Below, piece after piece: positions 44,130 through 54,507 of a DNA stretch of 64,000 bases. Source of the stretch: Alphaproteobacteria bacterium (GTDB lineage: Bacteria > Pseudomonadota > Alphaproteobacteria > UBA828). The notes below the pieces were generated by a model. That model was not told where the DNA came from and ran no database searches. It saw nothing but the letters and a program-made list of their open reading frames with translations. The stretch covers positions 32,001 to 96,000 of the forward strand of contig CAXXVO010000009.1 of the NCBI GenBank assembly GCA_963422645.2, in the 5' to 3' direction. The position numbers were made by a program, and so were the translations under genes. The stretch's first letter is position 1. Each line of letters opens with the position of its first letter.

Positions 44130-45755
44130 ATGCTGACCATCGGCAAGGACCCGGAGACCTGGCTGGTCCACCGCGTCCTCGAGCAGCGCGCGGCCGAGCG
44201 TCCCGACCACCCGGTTATGCACTGGTCCGGGCTGGACTACAGCTACGCCGCTATCAACCGCGAGGCCAACTGCATCGGCGCGGGCCTGGACTCGCTCGGG
44301 ATCGAGCCCGGCGCCCGGGTTGCCGTGATGATGCAGAACTCGCCGGCGCACGTCTTCGTCTGGTTCGCCACCGCGAAGCTCGGCGTCGTCGAAGTGCCGA
44401 TCAACACCGCCTACCGGGGCGACATTCTTACCCACATCGTGACCAGCGCGCGCGTGACCGCGATGGTGCTGGACGCCGAGTTCGTGCCCGTGGTCGCCCG
44501 GATCGCGGACCGTTGTCCGGGCCTCGGCACCTTCATCGTCTCCGGCGAAGACATCGAGGATGCGCGGCGCACGCTGCCAGGCGTCGTGCTCTCGCTGGAG
44601 GAAGTCGCGACGGGGGACGGCGCCGATACACCGCGCGCCGTCGAGGCGACCACCACGGCCTGCATCATGTTCACGTCGGGCACCACGGGGCCGTCGAAGG
44701 GCGTGGTCATCAACAACCACTTCGAGCTGTCGTTCGCCGTGGTCTTCAACGAGATCGTGGCGCTCCGTGCCGATGACGTGACCTACAACTTCCTCCCCTT
44801 CTTCCACATCGCCGGCAAGTTCATCACACTCGGCACCATGCTCGCGGATTGCCGGATGCTGCTTCGCCCGCGCTTCAGCGCGATCCAGTTCTGGCCGGAC
44901 GTGCGTGCGCACGGCGCGACCGTGACGGTGGGCGTGGGCGGCATCTGCCACATGCTCTGGGCCGCGCCGCCGCAGCCGGACGACGCGGACAACCCGCTGC
45001 GCATGATCTACTCGGTGCCCAATCCGCACGAGGTGCAGGAGGAGTTCATCGAGCGCTTCGGACTGCAGCTGACCGAGGGCTACGGCTCGACCGAGGCCAA
45101 CATCGTGGTCTACACCCGGCCCGACGAGCCGACGCCGAAGGGCACAGCCGGGCGTGCGGCGCCCTACTATGAGGTGGCGATCTTCGACGAGATGGACCGC
45201 CCGGTGCCCCCCGGCACGTCGGGCGAGATCGTGGTCCGGGCCAAGCACCCCTACGTTCTGATGGAAGGCTACGACGGCCTGCCGGAGGCGACGCTCGCAG
45301 CCTTCCGCAACCTCTGGTTTCACAGCGGCGACCGCGGCCACATGGACGAAGCCGGCTTCCTGTTTTTCCACGACCGGATGAAGGACGCCATCCGCCGCCG
45401 CGGCGAGAACATTTCATCCTTCGAGGTCGAGCGGATCGTCAACAAGCACCCGGATGTTGCGGAGACCGCTGCCATCGCCGTCCCCGCCGACGTGGGCGAG
45501 GACGAGGTGAAGATCGTGGTGGTGCGGAGCCCCGGCGCCGCACTGACGGAGGAGGCATTGCTGCGCCACTGCGCGGCCGAGATGCCTTACTTCATGGTCC
45601 CCCGCTTCATCGAGTTCAGGGGCGATTTGCCGCGCACGCCCACGCAGAAGGTGCGCAAGGTGGTGCTGCGCGAAGACGGCATCACGCCTGCGACATGGGA
45701 TCGCGAGGCGGCCGGGTTCAAGGTGACCCGTGACGGGCTCAAGCGGCGTCTCTGA
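44130..45755 (+). CDS. AMP-binding CoA ligase (CaiC-like)
   Basis: FTSGTTGPSKG, YGSTE, WFHSGD, RRRGENISSFEVE. Confidence 0.9.
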   Translation: MLTIGKDPETWLVHRVLEQRAAERPDHPVMHWSGLDYSYAAINREANCIGAGLDSLGIEPGARVAVMMQNSPAHVFVWFATAKLGVVEVPINTAYRGDILTHIVTSARVTAMVLDAEFVPVVARIADRCPGLGTFIVSGEDIEDARRTLPGVVLSLEEVATGDGADTPRAVEATTTACIMFTSGTTGPSKGVVINNHFELSFAVVFNEIVALRADDVTYNFLPFFHIAGKFITLGTMLADCRMLLRPRFSAIQFWPDVRAHGATVTVGVGGICHMLWAAPPQPDDADNPLRMIYSVPNPHEVQEEFIERFGLQLTEGYGSTEANIVVYTRPDEPTPKGTAGRAAPYYEVAIFDEMDRPVPPGTSGEIVVRAKHPYVLMEGYDGLPEATLAAFRNLWFHSGDRGHMDEAGFLFFHDRMKDAIRRRGENISSFEVERIVNKHPDVAETAAIAVPADVGEDEVKIVVVRSPGAALTEEALLRHCAAEMPYFMVPRFIEFRGDLPRTPTQKVRKVVLREDGITPATWDREAAGFKVTRDGLKRRL

Positions 45756-47118
45756 GCGGCGGCCCCACGCCGGCGCGGCATTCGCCGCCTACCAGGCGGG
45801 CCGAGGCGTCGAGGCGGAGGCCATCGGGCGCGCCATCCTCGCCCACGACCCGCGCGATGCCGGCGCGCACTATGTCTGCGGCCTCGTCGCCGCCGACCGG
45901 GGCGCCCTTGACCGGGCGCGCCAGGCCTTCGAGACCGCCGCGGCGCTCGCGCCCGACAAGGCGAGCCTGCGCATCACCCTGGGCAATCTGGCGCTGAGGC
46001 AAGGTGACGACGAGGCGGCCGAGCGGGCTTTCCGCCAGGCGCTCGCGCAGGCGCCGGGCTCGGTGGCCGCCCACACCAACCTGGGCGCGGCGCTGAAGCG
46101 GCAGGGGCGGCTGGAAGAGGCCGTGCAGTGCTACCGCGCAGGGCTCGCGCTCTATCGCGGCTCCGCCTGGTGGGGCACTGATCCGGCCGCCGGCACCGCG
46201 GTGCTCGACCCCGCCCAGCAGACGGCCTTCGAGAACGCTTCGCGCATCAAACTGGAACACGACCTCGCGCAGCTCGACTATCTGCGGGAGCGAGGCCGGC
46301 TTCCGCCCTCCCTTGCCGAGGCGCGCGAGAGCCTGCGCCGGGTGCTTGCCAATTTCGGCAGCGAAGACCGGCCGAGCGCGCCGCGTCCGCTTACAGAGGC
46401 CGAGCAACGGCAGATTTGCTCCATCTACAACCGGGTGATCTACCGCCCGCCGGAGGAGACGGCTACGCCCGCGCTCAACCCCCGCCTGGACGCGGACGCG
46501 ATCGAGTGGCGCTACCACCAGACTGCGCCCTCCGTCGTCGTCGTGGATGATCTGCTCAGTGCGCCGGCCCTGGCCGCGCTCCAGAGGTTCTGCCTGGAGG
46601 CGACGATCTGGTTCGACTGCAAGGAGCATGGCGGCTATCTCGGGGCCTATCTGCATGATGGCTTCGACCACCCGGTGCTGATCGCGCTGGCCCGCGAGCT
46701 CGGGGAGCGGCTGGGCGGCGTCATCGGCGGGCACCGGCTCTCGCAGATGTGGGCGTTCTCTTACGGGCAGACGGGCAGCGGCACGCGCAAGCACGCGGAC
46801 AAGGCCGCCATCAACATAAACCTCTGGATCACACCGGATAGCGCCTGCCCCGACCCCGAGGCGGCAGGCCTCGTGGTGCACGATGTCGCTGCACCGCCGG
46901 ATTGGGGCTTTTCGGACTACAATCTGGACCCGGCGCTGCTGGAGCGCCTCGTCGCGCAAGAAGGGCGGGCGCCGGTGCGGGTTCCCTATCGCTGCAACCG
47001 AGCGGTGATCTTCGATTCGAGTCTCATTCACGAGAGCGGCGGCGTGCGCTTCCTGAATGGCTACGCAAACCGGCGGATCAACGTGACTCTGCTCTTCGGC
47101 GAGCGTGCGGAGGGTTGA
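45730..47118 (+). CDS. TPR-repeat protein with C-terminal 2OG-Fe(II) oxygenase-like domain
   Basis: N-terminal TPR-like helices (AHTNLGAALKRQGRLEEAVQCY); C-terminal KHAD...NRAVIFDS.LIHES...RINVT; start uncertain. Confidence 0.68.
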   Translation: MTGSSGVSERRPHAGAAFAAYQAGRGVEAEAIGRAILAHDPRDAGAHYVCGLVAADRGALDRARQAFETAAALAPDKASLRITLGNLALRQGDDEAAERAFRQALAQAPGSVAAHTNLGAALKRQGRLEEAVQCYRAGLALYRGSAWWGTDPAAGTAVLDPAQQTAFENASRIKLEHDLAQLDYLRERGRLPPSLAEARESLRRVLANFGSEDRPSAPRPLTEAEQRQICSIYNRVIYRPPEETATPALNPRLDADAIEWRYHQTAPSVVVVDDLLSAPALAALQRFCLEATIWFDCKEHGGYLGAYLHDGFDHPVLIALARELGERLGGVIGGHRLSQMWAFSYGQTGSGTRKHADKAAININLWITPDSACPDPEAAGLVVHDVAAPPDWGFSDYNLDPALLERLVAQEGRAPVRVPYRCNRAVIFDSSLIHESGGVRFLNGYANRRINVTLLFGERAEG

Positions 47119-47192
47119 GGAGACTCAGAGAGGTATCATCCTGTCCGGCAGCGCTACCGGCCCACGCAAGGGACAATCGACGGAGCAAACGA

Positions 47193-48602
47193 ATGCTTAG
47201 CCATTGGCTGACCGAAGCCGGCCTTTCGCTGGACGACGCGGCACCGGCGCTGGAAGGCGACGCGCGCGCGGACGTCTGCATCGTCGGCGGCGGCTTTTGC
47301 GGGCTGTGGACGGCGATCCGCCTGAAGGAACGCGATCCCTCCATCGATATCGTGATCGTCGAGCAGGGCCTTTGCGGCAGCGGCGCCAGCGGGCGGAACG
47401 GCGGCTTCGTGCTGAGCTGGTGGGCCAAGTTCGGCTCGCTGAGAAAATTCTGCGAGTCGGACGAAGCGGTCCGGCTTGCCCGCGCCTCGGCCGACGCCGT
47501 CGGCGAGATCGGACGTTTCTGCACCGATCACGGCATCGACGCGCACTATCGCGGCGACGGTTGGCTCTGGGCGGCGACCAGCGCGCCTCAGGTCGGCTCA
47601 TGGGACGCCCTGGTCAACACTCTGGAGCGCCACCAGCTGCATCCCTTCGAGCTCTGGGAGCCGGAGACGGTCAAGCGCCGCTCGGGCAGCGACAAGCACA
47701 TCGCCGGCGTCTACGAGCCGACCGGCGCCACCGTGCAGCCCGCTCTGCTCGCGCACGGCCTGCGCCGGGTGGCCTTGTCGAAGGGCGTGCGCATCTACGA
47801 GCGGACGCCGATGATGAGCCTTCACCGCGGCCGCCCGCCGCGCGTGGTGACGCCACGGGGCATCGTGACCGCCGAGAAGGTGGTCATCGCCATGAATGCC
47901 TGGGCGACCATGCTCTCGGAGCTGCGCCGGACCATTGTCGTGATCTCGAGCGATATCGTGACGACCCGGCCGATGCCCGAGCGCCTCGCCGCCTCCGGCT
48001 GGAACGACGGCATGTGCATTTCCGATTCCCGGACGCTTGTGAACTACTATCGCCCGACCACCGACGGCCGCATCGCCTTCGGCACCGGCGGCGGGAAGCT
48101 CTCCTTCGGCAACCGGGTCGACGACCGGTTCAACGGCGCCTCGCCGCGGGCCCGCCAGGTCGAGGACTACTTCCGCCGGATCTATCCCGATTTCGGCGAC
48201 GTTCCGATTGCGACCAGCTGGACCGGGCCGATCGACCGCTCTCTCAGCGGACTGCCCTTCTTCGGCCGCCTCGGTGGCCGGGACGACCTGCTCTACGGCC
48301 TCGGCTTCTCCGGCAACGGCGTAGGGCCGACCGCCGTCGGCGGGCGCATCCTCGCCTCCCTCGCTCTCGGCACGAAGGACGAGTGGTCTGAGTGCGGGCT
48401 GGTGCGCGAGGGCGCAGGGCTCTTCCCCCGTGAGCCGGTACGCTACGTCGGCGGCCGCATGGTGATCGCGGCGAACCGGCGCAAGGAGCGGCTGGAGGAC
48501 GAGGGCCGCGCGCCAGGCCCGCTCACGGTCAAGCTCGCAGGCCTCGCGCCTGCCGGCCTGGTGCCGGTGAAGGGAGTTGATGCGCCGACGGCGAAGGCCT
48601 GA
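47193..48602 (+). CDS. FAD-dependent oxidoreductase (DAO/PuuB-like)
   Basis: VGGGFCGLWTA, GASGRNGG, GFSGNGVG. Confidence 0.88.
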   Translation: MLSHWLTEAGLSLDDAAPALEGDARADVCIVGGGFCGLWTAIRLKERDPSIDIVIVEQGLCGSGASGRNGGFVLSWWAKFGSLRKFCESDEAVRLARASADAVGEIGRFCTDHGIDAHYRGDGWLWAATSAPQVGSWDALVNTLERHQLHPFELWEPETVKRRSGSDKHIAGVYEPTGATVQPALLAHGLRRVALSKGVRIYERTPMMSLHRGRPPRVVTPRGIVTAEKVVIAMNAWATMLSELRRTIVVISSDIVTTRPMPERLAASGWNDGMCISDSRTLVNYYRPTTDGRIAFGTGGGKLSFGNRVDDRFNGASPRARQVEDYFRRIYPDFGDVPIATSWTGPIDRSLSGLPFFGRLGGRDDLLYGLGFSGNGVGPTAVGGRILASLALGTKDEWSECGLVREGAGLFPREPVRYVGGRMVIAANRRKERLEDEGRAPGPLTVKLAGLAPAGLVPVKGVDAPTAKA

Positions 48603-48605
48603 GGT

Positions 48606-49559
48606 GTGACCACCGAGCCGCCGGCACAGATTGGGACCCTCACCGCCCACGACGGCTTTCCGCTCCGCACAGTCGTCTGGCCCGCCCCGCCGGGCGGCGG
48701 GCGGGGAACGGTGGTGCTGCTGCAGGGCAGGGCCGAGTTCATCGAGAAGTACAGCGAGACCGTGGACGACCTCAGGGCCCGCGACTTCGCCGTCTTTGCG
48801 CTCGACTGGCGCGGCCAGGGCCGTTCCGGCCGGGTGCTGAAGAACCCACGCAAGGGTCACGTCGTCAGCTACGACGACTATCTCAAGGACTTCGACCTGT
48901 TCCTGGAGCGGCTGGTGGTGCCCCAGGCCCCGCGGCCAATCGTGGTGCTGGCCCATTCCATGGGCGGCCACATCGTGCTCCGTCACCGGGCCGAGCACGA
49001 GGCCCGCGCCGGTTCATACTTTGCCGAAGGGATTGCCCTCTCCGCCCCCATGGTGGACATCCTGATGAACCCCGTCGAGCGGGCTCTGGGCGCGGTGCTC
49101 ACGGTCGCCGCCATGAGCGTCGGCCTCAGGAACCAGTACGTGCCGGCGCGCGGGACCTTCCCGCCGCCCTACGACGGCAATCCCCTGACCCGCGACCGCG
49201 CCCGGTACGCGCGCATGGAAACGCTGATGCACGAGAACCCGGCGCTCGCCATCGGCTGGCCCACGGTGGGCTGGCTCGCCGCCACCCGGCGCTCGGTGGC
49301 GATCCTGCGCAGCCGGGGCTATCCCGAGCGGATCGCGACGCCGGTGCTGATGATCAGCGCGGAGGCCGACAGGGTCGTCTCGAACAGGGCCCAGAAACGC
49401 CTCGCCGCGCGGCTGCCCGATTGCCGCCGGGAGATCATTCCCGACTCCCGCCACGAGCCCCTGATGGAGACGGACGAGATCCGGGCGCAGGTCTTCGCCC
49501 TCTTCGACGCCTTCGTGAACGAGGTGCTGGGGAGTGGGGCTCAGTCTCCCAACCGGTAG
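48606..49559 (+). CDS. Alpha/beta hydrolase (lysophospholipase L2-like)
   Basis: GRAEFIEKY, DWRGQGRS, AHSMGG, RHE. Confidence 0.88.
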   Translation: MTTEPPAQIGTLTAHDGFPLRTVVWPAPPGGGRGTVVLLQGRAEFIEKYSETVDDLRARDFAVFALDWRGQGRSGRVLKNPRKGHVVSYDDYLKDFDLFLERLVVPQAPRPIVVLAHSMGGHIVLRHRAEHEARAGSYFAEGIALSAPMVDILMNPVERALGAVLTVAAMSVGLRNQYVPARGTFPPPYDGNPLTRDRARYARMETLMHENPALAIGWPTVGWLAATRRSVAILRSRGYPERIATPVLMISAEADRVVSNRAQKRLAARLPDCRREIIPDSRHEPLMETDEIRAQVFALFDAFVNEVLGSGAQSPNR

Positions 49560-50449
49560 AAGCGCACCGCGTTGTCGTGGAAGAGCGCGCGCTGCTCGTC
49601 GGCAGAGAGGTCGGCGACGATGGTCTTGAACGAATCGTAGATCGCATCCGCGCCGCCATGCAGCGCTGCCACCGGAAAATCGCTCGCGAACATGCAGCGC
49701 TCGGTGCCGAAGGCGTCGATGGTGTGGCGGATGACGGGCCGCGTGCTCTCGGTCGTCCAATTGTGATCGTAGGCGCCGAGGTCCGAGATCTTGACCGCAA
49801 CATTGGCGGCGCCGGCCAGCGCGCTCATACCCGCACGCCAAGCGGCGATGGCCTCGTCGTCCCGGTCGGCGGGGCTACCGGTATGGTTGAGGATGATCTG
49901 CGTGTCGGGGAAGGCCCGGGCGAGGTCCAGCGCGTCGCCGAGCTGGCCCGAGTAGATCATCATGTCGAAGGAGAGATTGTAGCGCCGCAGCAGCCCGAAG
50001 CCGCGCCGCCAGGCCGCGTCCTGCATCAAGTCGGCGCGCTCGTGGAAGGTCCAGGTCGGATTCTCGTGCCAGCTCAGGATCTCGCGGATGCCCCGCATGT
50101 TTGAGTGCGCGCAGTGGGCCTCCAGCACCCCTTCGGCATCCGGCTCCTCGAGCAGGGCGTAGGCGACGATGCCGTGGGGGAAGCCGTTCTCGTCGGCGAT
50201 GCCCTGCAGCCAGCGGGTCTCGGCCACCGGGTCTTCGAGAAAGCTCGCCTGAATGTGGACCGACTTGACCAGGTCGATGCTTGCCATGTCCGCCAGGTAG
50301 TCGGCGAGCAGGTAGTCGCGGATGAGCGGCCCGGTGCTGCCGAACACCACCTCGCGCGGGCCGTCGGTGAGCCACGAATAGCGGCCCGAGCCCAGGTCCC
50401 AGAGGTGATGGTGGGCATCGATGATCGGGCCGTCGTAGAGGCTGCTCAT
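49541..50449 (-). CDS. Amidohydrolase_2 family protein (lactonase-like)
   Basis: IDAHHHLWD, LNHTG, VKISD, MFASDFP. Confidence 0.87.
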   Translation of the reverse strand: MSSLYDGPIIDAHHHLWDLGSGRYSWLTDGPREVVFGSTGPLIRDYLLADYLADMASIDLVKSVHIQASFLEDPVAETRWLQGIADENGFPHGIVAYALLEEPDAEGVLEAHCAHSNMRGIREILSWHENPTWTFHERADLMQDAAWRRGFGLLRRYNLSFDMMIYSGQLGDALDLARAFPDTQIILNHTGSPADRDDEAIAAWRAGMSALAGAANVAVKISDLGAYDHNWTTESTRPVIRHTIDAFGTERCMFASDFPVAALHGGADAIYDSFKTIVADLSADEQRALFHDNAVRFYRLGD

Positions 50450-50507
50450 GGCCTGCTCCGCTCTTCGGTCCAGCGTGCGCCGATGGCCGCACACGGGCGC
50501 CCTCAAG

Positions 50508-50978
50508 TCAAGACGAGGGCGGCCGGCGCAGGAGGATGTGGACAATCTCGTAACTCAGCACAGCCTCGTCCCACTGGTTGCGGACGTCGTAGGCCATGCG
50601 CAGGTAGCCGCGGTCGGGCTTCGAGCGCGAGGGCCGGGTTTCGGCAACGGTCGCGATGGCGTGGATGGTATCGCCCGGCCGCGCCGGCCGATGGAAGCGG
50701 ACGTGATCGATCCCCGGCCCGCCGATGCAGGCCTGGTTGATCACGCCGAGCTCGTAGAAGAGGCGGAACCCCAGGGCCATGGTCTGGAAGCCGCTGGCGA
50801 TCAGGCCGCCGTAGGGGCCATCGGCCGCGCCCGAGGCGTCGACGTGGATTGGCTGCGGGTCGAAGGCGCACGCGAAGGCGACGATCTCCGCCTCGTCGAG
50901 GGTCCATTCGCCCGTGACGAAGCGCTCGCCCTCCTTCAATTCGTCGAAATAGCGCGCGGCCGCGGGGGGTGCCGTCAC
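50508..50978 (-). CDS. MaoC family dehydratase
   Basis: FDPQPIHVD, GLIASG, RF..P.RPGD; GTG start overlaps stop of the upstream monooxygenase tail. Confidence 0.85.
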   Translation of the reverse strand: MTAPPAAARYFDELKEGERFVTGEWTLDEAEIVAFACAFDPQPIHVDASGAADGPYGGLIASGFQTMALGFRLFYELGVINQACIGGPGIDHVRFHRPARPGDTIHAIATVAETRPSRSKPDRGYLRMAYDVRNQWDEAVLSYEIVHILLRRPPSS

Positions 50979-51093
50979 AGCGTCGGGTTGTCGATCTCGA
51001 GCCCGTAGAGCATCCGCCCGTAGGTCGTGAAGTTCACGTCCTTGTTCTGGGTGAAGTGCTGATTGGCCACCATCATGTCGGTGTAGAGGTTGC

Positions 51094-52981
51094 GTAACTG
51101 CCCAGGTCGTCTGATTTGTCATTTTGGGCCAGTGGATTGAGGCGTTTCTCGTTCGGAGTTGGTGGAAAGGGCTTGACGGGAATTTCGGGAAATGACTCAA
51201 CAACGACATGAGCAATCCCGAGTCGCCGCGCGGCCCTTCGACGGGAGCAGCGCCCGAAACGCCCGCGCAGAAGATCGCCCGCCTGGAGGAGGAGAACGCC
51301 CGGCTTCGGGAGGAAAATGCCTGGCTTCGGCAGCAGAACGCGCGGCTGGAAGAGCAAGTCGCGCGTCTCGTCGAGCGCATCGAGGAGTTGGAGCGCCGTC
51401 TCGGCCTCAACAGCGGCAACAGCGGCAAGCCGCCTTCGAGCGATGGGCTGAGGAAGCCGAATTCGAAGCGGCGAACCCGAAGCCTGCGCGGCAAATCGGG
51501 CCGCAAGCCCGGTGGCCAGCCCGGCCACAAGGGCAAGACGCTGCGCCGCGCCGATCACCCGGATCGGGTGAAGGATCACGTCCCGGCTTCCTGCAAGGGA
51601 TGCGGTTCGCCGCTTTCGGACGCGGCCAGGGCGGGAACGCCCGTCGCCCGCCAGGTGTTCGATCTGCCCGAGCCGAGCCCCCTGGAGGTGACCGAGCACC
51701 GGGCGCATGCCAAGTGCTGCGGGCATTGCGGGACGGTGACCCGGGCGGCGTTCCCCGACGGGGTGTCGGCGCCGGTGCAGTACGGCCCGCGCATTGCCGG
51801 GGTGGCGGTCTACCTTCAGCACGCTCACTTCCTGCCGGAGGATCGGCTGTCGCAGGTGATGGCCGAGCTCTTCGGCGCGCCGGTGACGGCTGCGACGTTG
51901 GCGACGATGAGCGAGAGGGCGGCCGAGCGGCTGCGGGACGCGGCCTTGCACATACAGGACCTGGCGGCGGGCACGGCGCGGGTGAAACACATGGACGAGA
52001 CCGGCTTGCGGATCGGCGGTCAGACGCAGTGGCTTCATGTGATCTGCACGCCGCTGCTGGCGGCGTACCGGGTCAGCGGCAAGCGCGGCGCCCTGCTCTC
52101 GGGTGTCTCCGGCATCGTCGTGCACGATCACTGGAAGCCGTACTTCGCGATGGAAGGGGTGGAGCACGGCCTGTGCAACGCCCATCACCTGCGGGAGTTG
52201 CAGGCGCTGGTGGACATCGAAGGGGAGGCTTGGGCCCGGCGGATGCAGCAGCTCCTGCGCCGAGCCAATCGCGCCGCCCGCATCGCGCTGGACAAGGATA
52301 TCGCCGTTCCGGCGAGGCTTGTGGCGCTGATCGAGCGCCGATACGACGAGATCATCGCCGATGCGCTGGCCTTTCACGAGAGCCAACCACCGTTCTCGCC
52401 TGGCAAGAGGAAGAAGCGCCGGAAGCGAAGGATCGGTCACAATCTGGCCTTGAGGCTGCGCGACCACAAATGCGCGGTGCTCCGGTTCCTGATCGACCTC
52501 GAGGTCGGGTTCACGAACAACGAGGCCGAGCGCGACCTTCGGATGATGAAGCTGCGCCAGAAGATCTCCGGGGGCTTCCGGTCCGCGCAGGGGGCCGAGA
52601 ACTTCGCCATCCTGCGCAGCGTCATCACCACCGCCAGAAAGCAGGGCTGGAATATCATCGAAGCCCTGACCAGCCCATCGGATCGGCTCATCGCCACCGT
52701 CAAGTGCGCGTAAGCTCACCTGGCACGGGTTCTCCAACAGCGGAGCCATTCTCATAAACGATCATGGTCGACGCCGTGCTGGACCACCCCATAGAATGAA
52801 AATCGGTGCCCGTCGCGCGGGCGGACTTCGGGCCACATCGGGGTAGCTTACCGGTCGCAGTCCGCAAGAGGGGCATCGTGAGCTGTGAAACCCGGCGACC
52901 ACAGAGGAGCACACGGGCGTCGCGTGGGTAGCGTTGTGCCGAATCCCAGAGAATTTTCACAGCAAGAACCTGGGCAGTTAC
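51094..52981 (+). mobile_element. IS66 family element, single-ORF (ISBst12-like) type
   Basis: Terminal IR GTAACTGCCCAGG...CCTGGGCAGTTAC; 8-bp duplication GAGGTTGC at 51086-51093 and 52982-52989. Confidence 0.93.
51208..52713 (+). CDS. IS66 family transposase
   Basis: Coiled coil, NSGKPPSSD, CxxC..CxxC, HMDETG, CNAHHLREL, TNNEAERDLR. Confidence 0.93.
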   Translation: MSNPESPRGPSTGAAPETPAQKIARLEEENARLREENAWLRQQNARLEEQVARLVERIEELERRLGLNSGNSGKPPSSDGLRKPNSKRRTRSLRGKSGRKPGGQPGHKGKTLRRADHPDRVKDHVPASCKGCGSPLSDAARAGTPVARQVFDLPEPSPLEVTEHRAHAKCCGHCGTVTRAAFPDGVSAPVQYGPRIAGVAVYLQHAHFLPEDRLSQVMAELFGAPVTAATLATMSERAAERLRDAALHIQDLAAGTARVKHMDETGLRIGGQTQWLHVICTPLLAAYRVSGKRGALLSGVSGIVVHDHWKPYFAMEGVEHGLCNAHHLRELQALVDIEGEAWARRMQQLLRRANRAARIALDKDIAVPARLVALIERRYDEIIADALAFHESQPPFSPGKRKKRRKRRIGHNLALRLRDHKCAVLRFLIDLEVGFTNNEAERDLRMMKLRQKISGGFRSAQGAENFAILRSVITTARKQGWNIIEALTSPSDRLIATVKCA

Positions 52982-54174
52982 GAGGTTGCCGATCGAGCTC
53001 CTGGTGTAGACGCTGGCGGCGCCGGAGAGGTCCCAGATTGCGCGTGCCGCGTCCATGGCGATGTTGCCAGCGTAGGTCGCGCAGGCGCGGCAGCGGGCGC
53101 GTTCCTCAAGGTTCGGCACGCGGCCCTGCTCGATGGCGATGGCGCTGATCTCGTCGGCCGCCACTCTCAGCAGCTGCTTGGCGGAGTCGGCCGCGCACTT
53201 GGCTTCGGCGAAGCGGATGTGCTGCGAGGCGAAGGCGGAGACCTGCTTCTCCGCCATGATCGAGCCTTTCTTGCGCGCGATCTCGTTGTATTCGGCCACC
53301 ATCTCGAGCGCGATGCCGACTGCGCCGCTGGTGATGCCGCAGCCGAAAATCGGGTAGCTGGGGAGCAGGTAGAGCGGGGTCTCGCGCCAGTGGCCGCCGG
53401 GCGACTCGCCACCACGCAGCGCCTCCATCGAGAGCGCCCGGTGCTCCGGCACGAAGAACTCCTTGAGCTGCACATCGTTGGTGCCGCTGCCGCGCAGGCC
53501 CAGCGCGTGCCAGGTGTCGAGGATCTCGATTTCCTCGCGCCTGATGAGAAAATGCAGGTGGCTCTCATGCTCGCCGAACCTGCCCTCCTCGTAGCCCGAG
53601 ACAATGCACCAGTCGCAGGTGTCCACGCCGGTGACGAAGGGCCAGCGGCCGCTCACCCGGTAGCCGCCGTCGGCCCGCACGTATCGGCCCAGGCTCTGGA
53701 TCAGGATGCCGGCGACCAGGGCCCTGGGATCGTCGCCCCAGACCTCGTCCTGCCCCTCGCGCGGCCACTGGGCCACCATGAAGGGGTGAACGACGTACTG
53801 CACCACCGCCCAGCCGGTCGAGCCGCAGGCCGCGCCGATCCGGGAGACGGCCTCGACGATGTCGCGCAGCGGCCCGCCGGCCCCGCCGTAGGCCGCAGGC
53901 TGCAGGATGCGGGCAACGTCCGACTCCCGGACCATCTCCCTGATCTCGGGCAGGACCGTGCGGTTCTCGCGGGTCTCGTCCCGCCGTTCGCGAAGGGCGG
54001 GCAAAAGGGCATCGAGATCGGCGCGCATGGCTCCCTTTCCTTACTCCACGATGATCGTGAGGGGGTCCGGCGGCGCGCATCATGGCCGTGCCGGCCGACA
54101 GGGACAAGGCTGGGCTGCGGTCCCCGAGCCAGCACACAAACCCGGATGCAGGAGCGGTTTGATTAGCGACCCTC

Positions 54175-54233
54175 GTGCAATGCGGGTTGCACTTGGACCA
54201 AGCCTTGACCAAGCACGAGGTGGCCGCTATGTC
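54175..54233 (+). promoter_or_regulatory. Candidate promoter/operator of the TA operon
   Basis: TTGACC (54205)-17 nt-TATGTC (54228); overlapping palindromes GTGCAA-n6-TTGCAC, CTTGGACCAAG, CTTGACCAAG. Confidence 0.5.
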
Positions 54234-54273
54234 TTGATGCTCAGAAGCGATAGCACCGTCGCGGGAGATCAAC

Positions 54274-54507
54274 ATGCCTCGGACAGTCAATGTGGCAGAC
54301 GCCAAAGCAAGGTTGTCGCACTTGATTGCGCGTGCGGAGGCCGGTGATGACGTAATCATCGCGCGAGACGGCGTGCCTGCAGCCCGCATCGTGCCCTTGG
54401 AAAGACCTGTTGGCGACACCATCGCTCTCTTGCGGCAGGAACGGGCGCAACGGTCACATGTCACCGCCACGGACATTCGCGCCACCAAGGAGCAGGGCCG
54501 CGCTTGA
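54274..54507 (+). CDS. Phd/YefM family antitoxin
   Basis: VNVADAKARLSHLIARAEAGDDVIIARDGVPAARIVP. Confidence 0.9.
   Translation: MPRTVNVADAKARLSHLIARAEAGDDVIIARDGVPAARIVPLERPVGDTIALLRQERAQRSHVTATDIRATKEQGRA

Larger units (their letters stand above)
50975..54028 (-). pseudogene. Acyl-CoA dehydrogenase-fold flavin monooxygenase (HsaA-like), interrupted by IS66
   Basis: CGSTGW, GRWPFVTG, WHALGLRGSGT; frame resumes beyond the IS: ...SIGNL|YTDMMVANQHFTQNKDVNFTTYGRMLYGLEIDNPTL*. Confidence 0.85.

Noticed and set aside
50508-51536. 342-aa MaoC fusion
   Set aside because: N-terminal part is antisense to the IS66 transposase; MaoC begins about 50978
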